NCBI GenBank assembly: GCA_001543005.1
Contig: LFLB01000031.1
Location: 2,637-66,636 of the forward strand
Direction: 5' to 3'
Source of the DNA: Candidatus Spongiihabitans thiooxidans
Lineage (GTDB): Bacteria > Pseudomonadota > Gammaproteobacteria > Arenicellales > Poriferihabitantaceae
DNA length: 64,000 bases
Position 1 is the first letter of the stretch. Every line of letters starts with the position of its first letter. Below the pieces are notes generated by a model. That model did not search any database. It was not told where the DNA came from and saw only the letters and a program-made list of their open reading frames with translations. This document shows, in pieces, positions 46,579 to 56,845 of this stretch. The position numbers and the translations under genes are program-made.

Positions 46579-46805
46579 TATTCTTAGATAGAGCGTACAT
46601 ACACCCTTTGTTTAAGATTCGGGGGTAAGGTTAGGCTCGTGTCGGTTCCTTAAAAATAGACGTGTATCAGGTGTAAAGCGGTTGTTTTAAGCCGCAAGAA
46701 ATTTTTTTCAGTAATTATCGCGGCATTTTTCTGATTACCCGAAACAGCAATAAAGGGTAAAAATGTCAGTGTCGGTACGATTAACCGTAATAGAGTGAAT
46801 TAAAT

Positions 46806-47819
46806 ATGAAAGTGCATTATGACAAAGATGCGGATCTTGAAAAGATTCGCAGTAAAAAAGTTGCCATTATCGGCTATGGTTCTCAGGGCCATGCCCATGC
46901 CAACAATTTGAAAGACAGCGGTATTGATGTGATGGTAGGGCTTCGCCACGGTTCAAGTTCGAACGACAAGGCTGAACAAGCGGGATTGAATGTGGCCGAG
47001 GTCAATGATGCGGTGGCTCAGGCCGATATCGTCATGATGCTATGTCCGGACGAATCGATGGGCGCAATTTATAAGGACATTGAGTCCGATTTCAAGCCCG
47101 GCGCATCACTGGCTTTTGCCCATGGCTTTAATATTCATTTTGGTTATATCAAACCCAGAGCAGACCTGAACGTAATTATGATCGCGCCGAAAGGCCCCGG
47201 TCATTTGGTGCGCTCGACTTACGAACGCGGGGCCGGCGTGCCGTGCCTGGTGGCGATTCATCAAGACGCAACCGGCGATGCGCTGGATATTTCCGTGGCT
47301 TATGCTTCGGTGATTGGCGGCGGTCGCGCCGGCATCATTGAAACCACATTCAAAGAAGAAACCGAAACCGATTTATTCGGCGAGCAGGCGGTGCTGTGCG
47401 GCGGCGCGACGGCTTTAGTGCAAGCTGGATTTGAAACTCTGGTTGAGGCCGGTTATGCGCCGGAGATGGCGTATTTTGAATGTATGCACGAGCTCAAGTT
47501 GATTGTTGACTTGATGTACGAGGGTGGCATTGCTGATATGCGATATTCAATTTCAAATACCGCTGAATTCGGTGACTTGACCCGCGGGCCGAGAATCGTA
47601 AATGAGCAAACCAAGGCTGAAATGAAAAAAATTCTTGGCGAAATTCAATCCGGTGAGTTTGCGCGGGAATGGATGGATGAAAATGCTTCTGGCGGTAAAC
47701 GATTCCCGGAACTGCGCCGCAAAGGCCAGGAACATCAAATCGAACAAGTCGGCGCCAAACTGCGTTCGATGATGTCCTGGATCGGTGACAGTAAGATTGT
47801 GGATAAAACTAAGAATTGA
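46806..47819 (+). CDS. ilvC: Ketol-acid reductoisomerase (class I)
   Basis: [17 protein letters not shown], plus colinear IlvC motifs. Confidence 0.97.
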   Translation: MKVHYDKDADLEKIRSKKVAIIGYGSQGHAHANNLKDSGIDVMVGLRHGSSSNDKAEQAGLNVAEVNDAVAQADIVMMLCPDESMGAIYKDIESDFKPGASLAFAHGFNIHFGYIKPRADLNVIMIAPKGPGHLVRSTYERGAGVPCLVAIHQDATGDALDISVAYASVIGGGRAGIIETTFKEETETDLFGEQAVLCGGATALVQAGFETLVEAGYAPEMAYFECMHELKLIVDLMYEGGIADMRYSISNTAEFGDLTRGPRIVNEQTKAEMKKILGEIQSGEFAREWMDENASGGKRFPELRRKGQEHQIEQVGAKLRSMMSWIGDSKIVDKTKN

Positions 47820-47902
47820 CGGCATCTAAAATTTGATGAACGCAAATAAAGTGCTTGAGTTATGTAACATTGAGGATGTAGAGAAACATATTTCGCGTCT
47901 CG

Positions 47903-48562
47903 ATGATGCCTATGACTCCGTTTAACTATCCAATTCTGGCCAAGGAAGGTATTGTACATTTAATCATAGCGACTCTGCTTGGTGTGGGTGCAACATGGTG
48001 GTTTGGATACGGTTCGATTGTCGTATGGATTGGCGTTTTACTGGTGTTCCAGTTTTTTCGTGATCCGAAACGCAACATCACCACCGAGCCCGGCGCCATC
48101 GTGTCCCCGGCAAGCGGAAAGGTGGTTTTTATCAGTGAGCAGGAAAATCCCTATCAGGATAATGCCAAAGCACTCAAAGTCAGTGTGTTTATGAATATAT
48201 TTTCTGTGCATTCCAATCTCATCCCGATTTCGGGAATCATCAAGCACAATTGGTACTACCCGGGTAAATTTGTCAACGCTGCACTGGACAAATCCTCCAG
48301 CGAAAATGAACGAAATGCAATTTGTATTGAAACCAGTGCCGGTTTCGATGTCTATAGCATTCAAATAGCAGGATTGATTGCCCGACGAATCCTGTGTTAT
48401 GTAAAACCGGGCGATACTGTGCAAACCGGGCAACGCTATGGCTTTATCCGTTTTGGCTCAAGGGTGGATTTATATATGCCTCTGGAGTGCAGATTAACGG
48501 TAAAATTAGGGCAGTGGGTAAGTTCGGGAAATAATATTATCGGATATTTGCCCGGTTATTAA
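47903..48562 (+). CDS. psd: Phosphatidylserine decarboxylase family protein (short form)
   Basis: 219 aa. The self-cleavage region is F..FGSRVDLY. It lies directly upstream of pssA. Confidence 0.8.
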   Translation: MMPMTPFNYPILAKEGIVHLIIATLLGVGATWWFGYGSIVVWIGVLLVFQFFRDPKRNITTEPGAIVSPASGKVVFISEQENPYQDNAKALKVSVFMNIFSVHSNLIPISGIIKHNWYYPGKFVNAALDKSSSENERNAICIETSAGFDVYSIQIAGLIARRILCYVKPGDTVQTGQRYGFIRFGSRVDLYMPLECRLTVKLGQWVSSGNNIIGYLPGY

Positions 48563-48599
48563 GCCATGATGATTAAGCCAGGATGATTAAGCCATGATT
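48558..48599. repeat. 14-bp tandem repeat x3 (attaagcca[t/g]gatg), the first copy containing the psd stop codon
   Basis: Read directly from the sequence. Confidence 0.9.
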
Positions 48600-48624
48600 G
48601 TAAGAAAAGAAATATAATCTTGTT

Positions 48625-49467
48625 ATGGAAATAAACGATCCACCGTCGCAGAACAGCCGCAAAGGCATTTATTTTTTACCCAGTCTGTTTACAACAGCCG
48701 GGTTGTTTTTCGGTTTCTACGCTATCATCCGGGCTACCCAAGGTGATTTTGCCAATGCGGCGGTGGGCATATTAATTGCGATGATAATGGATGGGCTGGA
48801 TGGCAGGGTCGCTCGATGGACCAATACGGTAAGTGATTTCGGCAAGGAATACGATAGTTTGGTGGATTTGGTTGCATTTGGTGTTGCGCCGGGCATGATC
48901 ATGTATTTTTGGTCGTTGCAATATATTGGCAAGACCGGCTGGTTAATTGCATTTCTGTATGCGGCGGCAACGGCGTTACGATTGGCCAGGTTCAACACCT
49001 TGACCATTAAAGACGATCGATATTTTTATGGCATAGCTTGCCCGGCGGCGGCGGCCTTGATCGCATTTTGGGTTTGGAATTTCCATGAAACCGGAATTTC
49101 CGGGCAATCAATGTCCTGGATAAGCGCACTGATCACATTGCTCATGGCCATTTTAATGGTCAGCAATGTCAAGTTTCGCAGTTTCAAGGATTTCGATCCC
49201 AAGCACAAAGTTCCGTTTTTCGTATTGATTGCTATTTTGGGCATCATTGTCTTGATTTCGTTTGACCCGCCACGCGTGCTGTTTTTGATGGCGCTGGCCT
49301 ATGGCGCATCAGGCCCCATCGGTTGGGTTATTCGCAGACAGCGCGGCATTATTGAAAACCCGGCGTTTCTACCGGATGAAGATGAAGATGAAGATGAAGA
49401 CGATGACAATAGTCATACGGATTCTGGAAAAATACAGTCGATTAACGCTAAAAAGAAATCAAAATAG
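48625..49467 (+). CDS. pssA: CDP-diacylglycerol--serine O-phosphatidyltransferase (CDP-alcohol phosphatidyltransferase type)
   Basis: The motif is DGLDGRVAR....S.FG.EYDSL.D. An acidic DEDEDEDEDDD tail comes from a 6-bp repeat at 49375-49407. Confidence 0.9.
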   Translation: MEINDPPSQNSRKGIYFLPSLFTTAGLFFGFYAIIRATQGDFANAAVGILIAMIMDGLDGRVARWTNTVSDFGKEYDSLVDLVAFGVAPGMIMYFWSLQYIGKTGWLIAFLYAAATALRLARFNTLTIKDDRYFYGIACPAAAALIAFWVWNFHETGISGQSMSWISALITLLMAILMVSNVKFRSFKDFDPKHKVPFFVLIAILGIIVLISFDPPRVLFLMALAYGASGPIGWVIRRQRGIIENPAFLPDEDEDEDEDDDNSHTDSGKIQSINAKKKSK

Positions 49468-49808
49468 TGCAGAAAATGCCGAAACTTCGATTGATCTGTA
49501 CAGAATCTAAGGTCTAAATTAAGTGTTGCAACATCATGATTAGTTTTATAGACTACCGACATGAATAAAGCATCTGTAAAATTCTGCTCACCATTGCCGC
49601 AATTTGGTTGCTCATTCGATTGCCGGGGAATCCTGGCGGTTGCTTTGTTGCACCTCCTGCCTGCTCGACTACTGCGCCTCCCAGCGCAATAAAACCTTAC
49701 CCTCATCCACCAGCGTACCATTTTCTGCCTACCAGGCAGAATAGCCCTATTGTAATAGGCCTATAATATTCACCTTAGCCAAATCGGCAATACCAAGCAG
49801 GCAATACG

Positions 49809-51446
49809 ATGAAAGACAACACGATAAAAAACAGCGGGATAAAAAACAGCGGGATAAAAAACAGCGGGATAAAAAACAGCAGGATAAAAAACAGCAGGAC
49901 AAAACAAAGGTTAATCATTTTTGATACAACGTTAAGAGACGGCGAACAGAGTCCCGGTGCTTCGATGACTCAGGAAGAAAAAATCCGTATCGCTTGTTTG
50001 CTGGAGAAAATGCGGGTGGATGTCATTGAAGCGGGTTTTCCCGCAGCCAGCCCAGGCGATTTTAATTCTGTGAAAGCAATTGCAAAGCGGATTAAAGACA
50101 GCATTGTATGCGGGCTGGCCCGCGCCAACCCGAAAGATGTGGCACTCGCTGGTGACGCACTCAAATCAGCAAAATCAGGTCGAATTCATACCTTTATTGC
50201 CACCTCTCCAATTCATATGCAGCATAAATTGTGCATGACGCCAGACCAGGTTATCGACCATGCGGTTGCTGCCATAAAACAGGCAAGAGGATACACCGAC
50301 GACGTAGAGTTTTCTCCAGAGGATGCCGGGCGTTCCGAGTTTGATTTCCTGTGTCGGATTATCGAACAGGCAATTAAAGCGGGTGCGCGGACGATTAACA
50401 TACCGGATACAGTGGGTTATAACCTGCCGGTCCAATTTGGCAGGTTAATCGAAAAATTGCGCGAAAAAATCCCGAATTCGGATAAAGCCGTTTTTTCCGT
50501 TCATTGTCATAACGATCTTGGCTTGGCGGTTGCAAATTCATTATCTGCGGTTACGGCGGGCGCGCGCCAGGTTGAGTGCACCGTCAATGGATTGGGAGAG
50601 CGTGCCGGCAATGCTTCTCTGGAAGAAATTGTGATGGCGGTTCGCACTCGACAGGATGAATTTATTTGCGATACAAATATTGACACTACTCAAATCGTAC
50701 CTGCCAGCAGGTTGGTTTCCCATATCACCGGGTTCCCGGTGCAACCGAATAAAGCCATAGTCGGCGCTAATGCGTTCGCGCATGAAGCAGGGATACACCA
50801 GGACGGCGTCATCAAGGCGCGGGAGACGTATGAAATAATGTCGGCGGAAGAGGTTGGCTGGGGTTCAAATCGTATGGTGTTGGGCAAACATTCGGGCAGA
50901 AATGCGTTCAAACAACGATTGAAAACGCTGGGGTTCGAGTTCAGTTCTGATGACAAAATGAATAAAGCATTTGCGCGTTTCAAGGATATGGCAGATAAAA
51001 AACATGAAATTTTTGACGATGATCTGCAAGCGTTAGTCACCGAATCAGGCAATGCAGCCGAAAATGAACGATTTATACTTAAGCATTTGCAAACCTATTC
51101 GGCTACGGATCAAACGCCCAGCGCGAAAGTGGTTATGGGGGTGGACGGAATAGAAGCCAAAGCCGAAGAAACCGGTAACGGTGCGGTAGATGCGACGTTC
51201 AAGGCGATCGAGAAAATCATTGAATCCGGCAGCAAATTACAACTGTACTCGGTTAACAGCATAACCAGCGGCACCGATGCTCAAGGCGAGGTTAGTATAC
51301 GGCTGGAGAAAGAGGGTGTTATCGTAAATGGTCACGGCGCGGATATGGATATCATTATTGCTTCGGCAAAGTCGTACATTAATGCATTAAACAAGCTTTA
51401 CAATGCTGAAATCCGAACCCATCCTCAGCGCGCCCAAGCGGTATAA
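49809..51446 (+). CDS. leuA: 2-isopropylmalate synthase
   Basis: [27 protein letters not shown], and a C-terminal LeuA dimerisation/regulatory domain. Confidence 0.95.
   Translation: MKDNTIKNSGIKNSGIKNSGIKNSRIKNSRTKQRLIIFDTTLRDGEQSPGASMTQEEKIRIACLLEKMRVDVIEAGFPAASPGDFNSVKAIAKRIKDSIVCGLARANPKDVALAGDALKSAKSGRIHTFIATSPIHMQHKLCMTPDQVIDHAVAAIKQARGYTDDVEFSPEDAGRSEFDFLCRIIEQAIKAGARTINIPDTVGYNLPVQFGRLIEKLREKIPNSDKAVFSVHCHNDLGLAVANSLSAVTAGARQVECTVNGLGERAGNASLEEIVMAVRTRQDEFICDTNIDTTQIVPASRLVSHITGFPVQPNKAIVGANAFAHEAGIHQDGVIKARETYEIMSAEEVGWGSNRMVLGKHSGRNAFKQRLKTLGFEFSSDDKMNKAFARFKDMADKKHEIFDDDLQALVTESGNAAENERFILKHLQTYSATDQTPSAKVVMGVDGIEAKAEETGNGAVDATFKAIEKIIESGSKLQLYSVNSITSGTDAQGEVSIRLEKEGVIVNGHGADMDIIIASAKSYINALNKLYNAEIRTHPQRAQAV
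49823..49897. repeat. 15-bp in-frame tandem repeat x5 (gataaaaaacagc[g/a]g) encoding [10 protein letters not shown] units at the leuA N-terminus
   Basis: Read directly from the sequence. Confidence 0.95.
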
Positions 51447-51447
51447 G

Positions 51448-52215
51448 ATGCCTGATCTTGACCACCGCCAGTTGGAGATTCTCGATAAAATGGGCATCGA
51501 CATCTGGCGGCTCAGGCATCGGCAATCCGGCGAAAATGCCGCTCAGATTGATGATGATGCACAGACGGATGGCAAAAGTGCCGAACCGCTAGTCCAACCA
51601 ACAAGCGCCATTGCGCTTGAAAGGCAACCAGGATTGACCCCGGATGCCCTGAATACCCTGGACCTGGACAACGTGGCAATGGAAATTAACCAGTGCCAGC
51701 GTTGCCCACTACACGCCACCCGGATTAAAGCGGTTCCAGGGGTCGGGAGTCTTCAAGCGCAATGGATGTTCATCGGCGAAGCGCCGGGACAAAATGAAGA
51801 TCAACAGGGCTTGCCTTTCGTCGGCCGGGCCGGTCAATTACTCGATGCCATGATCGCCGCCTTACGAATGCAGCGGTGCGATGTATTTATTGCTAACGTG
51901 ATTAAATGTCGCCCACCTGGAAATCGAGACCCCTTGCCCGAGGAAATAGCCGAGTGTGCGCCTTATTTGCACCGTCAATTGGCGTTGGTTAAGCCGAAAG
52001 TAATTGTTGCATTGGGTCGGGTCAGCGCTCAGGTATTGCTGAAAACAAACAAATCTCTTGGCAATCTCCGAGGAAAAGTGTATCGGTATGGGTCGTCAAA
52101 TACGCCGTTGGTGGTTACCTATCATCCTGCATATTTGCTCCGAAGCCCACAGCAAAAAGCGAAATCGTGGGAAGATTTATTATTGGCCAGGTCGGTCGTC
52201 AATTCAGTGTCATAA
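51448..52215 (+). CDS. Uracil-DNA glycosylase, family 4 (Fe-S type)
   Basis: C.RCPL, GEAPGQNEDQQGLPFVGRAGQLLD, KCRPPGNRDP and YHPAYLLR. The ATG lies 1 nt after the leuA stop. Confidence 0.85.
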   Translation: MPDLDHRQLEILDKMGIDIWRLRHRQSGENAAQIDDDAQTDGKSAEPLVQPTSAIALERQPGLTPDALNTLDLDNVAMEINQCQRCPLHATRIKAVPGVGSLQAQWMFIGEAPGQNEDQQGLPFVGRAGQLLDAMIAALRMQRCDVFIANVIKCRPPGNRDPLPEEIAECAPYLHRQLALVKPKVIVALGRVSAQVLLKTNKSLGNLRGKVYRYGSSNTPLVVTYHPAYLLRSPQQKAKSWEDLLLARSVVNSVS

Positions 52216-52361
52216 AAGCGACCTGAACCAGCACCTGAACTAATGGGGCTTCAACGGCTTGCTGTTGGACAAACCTCTATCGATGCTACCCAGGATGTCA
52301 TGATTGCCGATATGGAATCCAGGCGTTACATTATAAAACACACACATTTGAGGTCTTAAAT

Positions 52362-53339
52362 ATGAAAAAATCGGTCAAAGTTGCGCTAACCGGCGCCGCG
52401 GGCAACATTTCTTATGCCTTGTTGTTTAGAATCGCAGCAGGGGATATGCTGGGGAAAGATCAGCCGGTCATATTACAGCTTTTAGAAATCCCAGCGGCGA
52501 TGAATGCCCTTGAAGGCGTCGTTATGGAACTACACGATTGTGCATTTCCATTGGTGAGCGGAATCGTTGCAACGGATAATCCAGATATTGCTTTTAGCGA
52601 AGTGGATTATGCGATGCTGGTAGGCGCAAAACCTCGAGGTCCGGGTATGGAGCGGAGTGACTTGTTGAAGGACAACGGCAAAATATTTTCGGTGCAGGGT
52701 AAATCGCTGAATGACCATGCCTCAAGAGATGTAAAAGTGCTGGTGGTGGGCAATCCAGCGAATACCAATGCGCTAATTGCCGCCGCAAACGCGCCGGATT
52801 TAGAAGATTCACAGTTCACCGCGATGACCCGATTGGATCACAATCGCGCCAAATACCAACTAGCGGAAAAATTGGGCATCCACCATGAACAAATCAGTCG
52901 AATGACCATCTGGGGCAATCATTCATCAACCCAATATCCTGATATTTCAAATGCGCTGGTTGATGGCAAGGTGGTAAGCGACCGGGTTGAGCAACAATGG
53001 CTGGAAGACGTTTTTATTCCCACCGTGCAGCAGCGCGGAGCCGCCATCATAAAAGCGCGTGGTGCATCCAGCGCCGCATCGGCGGGCTCGTCTGCGGTTG
53101 ATCATATGCGCGATTGGGTGTTGGGCACCGCAGACGGAGACTGGGTAAGCATGGCGATTTCTTCGGATGGCAGCTATGGTATAGAACCGGGGTTAATGTA
53201 TTCATTTCCGGTTACCTGCAAGGCGGGTAAATACGAAATTGTTCAGGGTCTTGAAATCAGCGATTTCAGTCGTGATCGAATGCAGCTAACCGAGCAAGAA
53301 CTCAGTCAAGAAAAACAGGCGGTGGCACAATTACTGTAG
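52362..53339 (+). CDS. mdh: Malate dehydrogenase
   Basis: [36 protein letters not shown] and TRLDHNRA. Confidence 0.95.
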   Translation: MKKSVKVALTGAAGNISYALLFRIAAGDMLGKDQPVILQLLEIPAAMNALEGVVMELHDCAFPLVSGIVATDNPDIAFSEVDYAMLVGAKPRGPGMERSDLLKDNGKIFSVQGKSLNDHASRDVKVLVVGNPANTNALIAAANAPDLEDSQFTAMTRLDHNRAKYQLAEKLGIHHEQISRMTIWGNHSSTQYPDISNALVDGKVVSDRVEQQWLEDVFIPTVQQRGAAIIKARGASSAASAGSSAVDHMRDWVLGTADGDWVSMAISSDGSYGIEPGLMYSFPVTCKAGKYEIVQGLEISDFSRDRMQLTEQELSQEKQAVAQLL

Positions 53340-53371
53340 CGCGGCTGACGATCATGCTACCGTGCGCCTAA

Positions 53372-54250
53372 ATGAATATCAGCGTTGTCATACCCACATT
53401 CAATCGCATGCATCTGGTTGAGCGGGCGATTCAATCCGTATTTGATCAAAGTTATCCAGTGCACGAAATAATCGTGGTTGATGATGGTTCAACTGATCAT
53501 ACCGTTGCCAATATCACACAGAAATTTCCTCGGGTAAAGATGATTACCCAACCTAACCAGGGCCAACCTCAGGGAGTGAGTAGCGCGAGAAATGTCGGCA
53601 TTAGATTCGCTACGGGTGACTGGATTGCATTTTTGGATTCAGATGATGAATGGCGCGAACATAAATTGGCCCGCCAGGTTGAAGCCTTGTCTCAATCATC
53701 GGGGCAATCATCGGGGCAATCATCGGGGCACTCACTTGATTTCGAAATTTGTCACACCGATGAGATTTGGATTCGCCATGGTAAGCGCGTCAATCCGATG
53801 AAAAAACATGCCAAGCCTGATGGCTGGATTTTCGAGCAATGTCTGCCGTTATGTTGTGTTTCACCGTCGTCGGTGCTGGTCAAGAAGACGTTATTGGAAA
53901 GCGTTGGATTTTTCGATGAATCACTGCCTGCCTGTGAAGATTATGATCTGTGGCTAAGAGTGTTTTCTCGAGTCCAGGTTTTGCTGGTTGCCGAGCAACT
54001 GCTTATTAAATACGGTGGGCATAAGGATCAGTTATCACAAAAGTATTGGGGTATGGACCGGTTCAGGGTAGCGTCAATCATTAAATTGCTTGAGCGACAT
54101 GATTTGAGTGAACATTATCGACAATGTGCTGTAAATATGTTGTTGTACAAGCTCGCAATATTAATCAAGGGTTTTGAGAAGAGAAAAAACACGACTGATT
54201 TAACACGCTATCAGGCATTGTATGAACGCTGGGGTGAGCGGGTGTGTTAA
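53372..54250 (+). CDS. Family 2 glycosyltransferase
   Basis: ISVVIPTFNR......S...Q......IIVVDDGSTD....., and FLDSDDEW. Confidence 0.85.
   Translation: MNISVVIPTFNRMHLVERAIQSVFDQSYPVHEIIVVDDGSTDHTVANITQKFPRVKMITQPNQGQPQGVSSARNVGIRFATGDWIAFLDSDDEWREHKLARQVEALSQSSGQSSGQSSGHSLDFEICHTDEIWIRHGKRVNPMKKHAKPDGWIFEQCLPLCCVSPSSVLVKKTLLESVGFFDESLPACEDYDLWLRVFSRVQVLLVAEQLLIKYGGHKDQLSQKYWGMDRFRVASIIKLLERHDLSEHYRQCAVNMLLYKLAILIKGFEKRKNTTDLTRYQALYERWGERVC
53693..53728. repeat. 12-bp in-frame tandem repeat x3 (caatcatcgggg) encoding QSSGQSSGQSSG in the GT2 gene
   Basis: Read directly from the sequence. Confidence 0.95.
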
Positions 54251-54882
54251 ACATCATTACTGCGTTAAAAGTAGAAGCTGCACCGTTAATCGAGGGACTT
54301 TCACTCAAGCCGCAGCCATTGTCAAAACACTCAATTTTTTCGGGATGCGGTGTTCAGCTTGGAATCAGTGGACCGGGTTGCGCCAATGCCCGGGCTTTGA
54401 CCCGTTATTTTCTGGGACGGCAAAATCCAGAGAATCAGAATCCAGAGAGCCACAATCCAGAGTATCAGCGCGAATTAACCTATTGGCTGAATTTTGGTAT
54501 AGCGGGTAGTGCGGTTTGGGAGATTGGCGACCTGGTTCTGGCGCACACCGTTACCGATCAATCCCCTGGCAAAACTGGGAAAAACTGGACTTTGGGAAAT
54601 GGCATCAATCTGAATTTACCCGGCGCGCATATATGTACTGTGGAATCCCCACAAGCAGCCTATCAAGGTCACAACGTCTATGATATGGAAACGGCGGGAA
54701 TGATATCCGTATTGTCTGATTGGAATTTACTGGAGCGCGCATTTATCGTAAAAATAATCTCCGATGGACCAAGCAAACCCGTCAAATCATTGACAAAACA
54801 GGACCTGCAACAAATGATTCACGGCAGAAAAAAAGATATACTCGCTATCACGGAAAAGATTTATTCTGCATCGTTGAAATAA
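54244..54882 (+). CDS. Nucleoside phosphorylase superfamily (PNP_UDP_1-like) protein
   Basis: ALKVEA.P......GPG...A.......NFGIAGS......YDMETAG matches by pattern. It overlaps the GT2 gene by 7 bp. It contains an imperfect 15-bp-period repeat at 54424-54468 (NPENQNPESHNPE). Confidence 0.5.
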   Translation: MLNIITALKVEAAPLIEGLSLKPQPLSKHSIFSGCGVQLGISGPGCANARALTRYFLGRQNPENQNPESHNPEYQRELTYWLNFGIAGSAVWEIGDLVLAHTVTDQSPGKTGKNWTLGNGINLNLPGAHICTVESPQAAYQGHNVYDMETAGMISVLSDWNLLERAFIVKIISDGPSKPVKSLTKQDLQQMIHGRKKDILAITEKIYSASLK

Positions 54883-54940
54883 TCAGTGCCATTGCCCCAT
54901 ATTATTGCCCCATATTAGTGGATTAGACCAGGAATTCAAA

Positions 54941-55426
54941 ATGCCTTCATTTGATATCGTTTCAGAAGTGGATTGGCAGGAAGTGAAGAATGCTGTTAAT
55001 CAAGCGAACAAGGAAATCACCAACCGTTTTGATTTCAAAGGGAGTCAATCGAAGATTGACGAAAGCGATCCTAATTTAACGCTGTATGGCGACGATGATT
55101 TCAAAGTCGGGCAAATGCTGGAGATATTGCAGCTCAAGCTGGCGAAACGTAGCGTGGATTTAGGCTGTCTTGATAAAGGCGAGGTAAAAGAAAGTCCGAC
55201 CGGTAAAGCGGTGCAAGCCGTTCAGGTGCGCCAGGGTGTTGATATAGACCTGGCCAGAAAAATTGTTAAATTGATAAAAAATCAAAAATTAAAGTTGCAG
55301 GCCGCAATTCAGGGCAACCAGATACGGGTAACCGGAAAAAAACGTGATGACCTGCAACAAATTATGACGTTTTTAAAAGAACAGAAACTGGGATTGCCCT
55401 TGCAATATACGAACTTTAGAGAGTAA
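54941..55426 (+). CDS. yajQ: YajQ family (UPF0234) nucleotide/c-di-GMP-binding protein
   Basis: MPSFDIVSEVDWQEVKNAVNQANKEITNRFDFKGS... is YajQ-typical. Confidence 0.9.
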   Translation: MPSFDIVSEVDWQEVKNAVNQANKEITNRFDFKGSQSKIDESDPNLTLYGDDDFKVGQMLEILQLKLAKRSVDLGCLDKGEVKESPTGKAVQAVQVRQGVDIDLARKIVKLIKNQKLKLQAAIQGNQIRVTGKKRDDLQQIMTFLKEQKLGLPLQYTNFRE

Positions 55427-55477
55427 ACTGTCTGATTGCTATTGAATTTAAATATAACTAAATTTAGAAATTTACTT

Positions 55478-56833
55478 ATGACACAATTAATAAAACAGGG
55501 AATAGCGAGATTAAAGTGGTTTTTTGCACAACGCTCATTATCTAAATCCCGATTCGTGATTGGTTTTCTGGGTTTATTCGGCTCGGGACTGCTGCCAGCC
55601 GTGGTACATGCCCAAGATGTTCTCGATAGCGGCGATACAGCCTGGATTTTGGTAGCCACCGCGCTGGTCTTGTTGATGACGCTGCCCGGACTCGCGTTTT
55701 TCTACAGCGGCCTGGTGCGTTCCATCAACGTGTTGTCGGTGATGATGCAGTGTTGCGTAGTGGCCTGCGTATCATCGATATTGTGGCTGGCGGTCGGCTA
55801 CAGCATCGCCTTTGGGGACGGTGGTGCCGCCAATGCCTGGTTCGGCGGTTTCGGTAAGTCCTTCCTGATAGGTGTCGGCGTTGATGACCTGACGGGCACC
55901 ATCCCGGAAGTGTTGTTCTGCTTGTTTCAGATGACCTTCGCGATCATCACCCCGGCGCTGATCATCGGTGCTTATGCCGAGCGCATCAAGTTCATGCATG
56001 TTGTGCTATTCAGTGGCTTTTGGATGCTGATCGTGTACGCGCCGGTGGCGCACTGGATTTGGGGCGGCGGCTTCCTTGCTGACCTTGGAGTACTGGATTT
56101 CGCTGGCGGCTTGGTGGTGCATGCAACCGCCGGGACCGCGGCCTTGGTGTTGGTGATAATGCTTGGTCCGCGTAACGGGTTTTCTCATGGTGGTTCCCCG
56201 CCGCACAACCCGGGCATGACTATGGCCGGTGCCGCATTGTTATGGGTCGGATGGTACGGCTTCAACGGCGGCAGTGCCCTGACAGCCGGCGGCAATGCCG
56301 CGATGGCGGTTCTGGTGACCCATATTTCCGCGGCCACGGCGGCTCTGGTCTGGGTCGTGATTGAAAACTTGCGTTTCGGCAAGTCCAGCCTAGTGGGGCT
56401 GGTGACTGGTCTGATCGCGGGGCTGGCCTCAATTACTCCAGCGTCGGGGTTCGTGGGACCCGTCGGCGGTCTCGCGATTGGTTTTGCGGGCGGCGTGGTC
56501 TGCTATTTGGCAGTGGACTGGGTGAAGGTCAAACTAGTTATTGATGACACTCTTGATGTATTTGCGGTGCACGGCGTGGGCGGCGTTCTCGGCACTATCC
56601 TGACCGCGATATTCGGCGCGACCACGTTTGGCGGTCTTGGACTCGAAGTCAGCATCGGCAAGCAATTGGTGAGTCAGCTAACGGGGGTGGTCGTAACCAT
56701 GGCATGGACTGCATTGGGTACTTGGCTGATCGTTTTGGTGGTTAGGAAACTGGTCGGTTTGCGGGTGGATCCTGCTGATGAGTCCGAGGGTCTCGATTAC
56801 GTTGCCCACGGCGAGCGTGGTTATCACTTATAA
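55478..56833 (+). CDS. amt: Ammonium transporter (Amt family)
   Basis: DSGDTAWILVATALVLLMT.PGLAFFY.G, VVHATAG, and DDTLDVFAVHGVGGVLG. Confidence 0.92.
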   Translation: MTQLIKQGIARLKWFFAQRSLSKSRFVIGFLGLFGSGLLPAVVHAQDVLDSGDTAWILVATALVLLMTLPGLAFFYSGLVRSINVLSVMMQCCVVACVSSILWLAVGYSIAFGDGGAANAWFGGFGKSFLIGVGVDDLTGTIPEVLFCLFQMTFAIITPALIIGAYAERIKFMHVVLFSGFWMLIVYAPVAHWIWGGGFLADLGVLDFAGGLVVHATAGTAALVLVIMLGPRNGFSHGGSPPHNPGMTMAGAALLWVGWYGFNGGSALTAGGNAAMAVLVTHISAATAALVWVVIENLRFGKSSLVGLVTGLIAGLASITPASGFVGPVGGLAIGFAGGVVCYLAVDWVKVKLVIDDTLDVFAVHGVGGVLGTILTAIFGATTFGGLGLEVSIGKQLVSQLTGVVVTMAWTALGTWLIVLVVRKLVGLRVDPADESEGLDYVAHGERGYHL

Positions 56834-56845
56834 TAGGAGGTTGAA

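Noticed and set aside
46660-46716. A possible ilvH terminator (GCGGTT-gttt-AAgCCGC followed by a T-run).
   Set aside because: The stem is bulged and short. It is plausible but too weak to list as a feature without folding energies.
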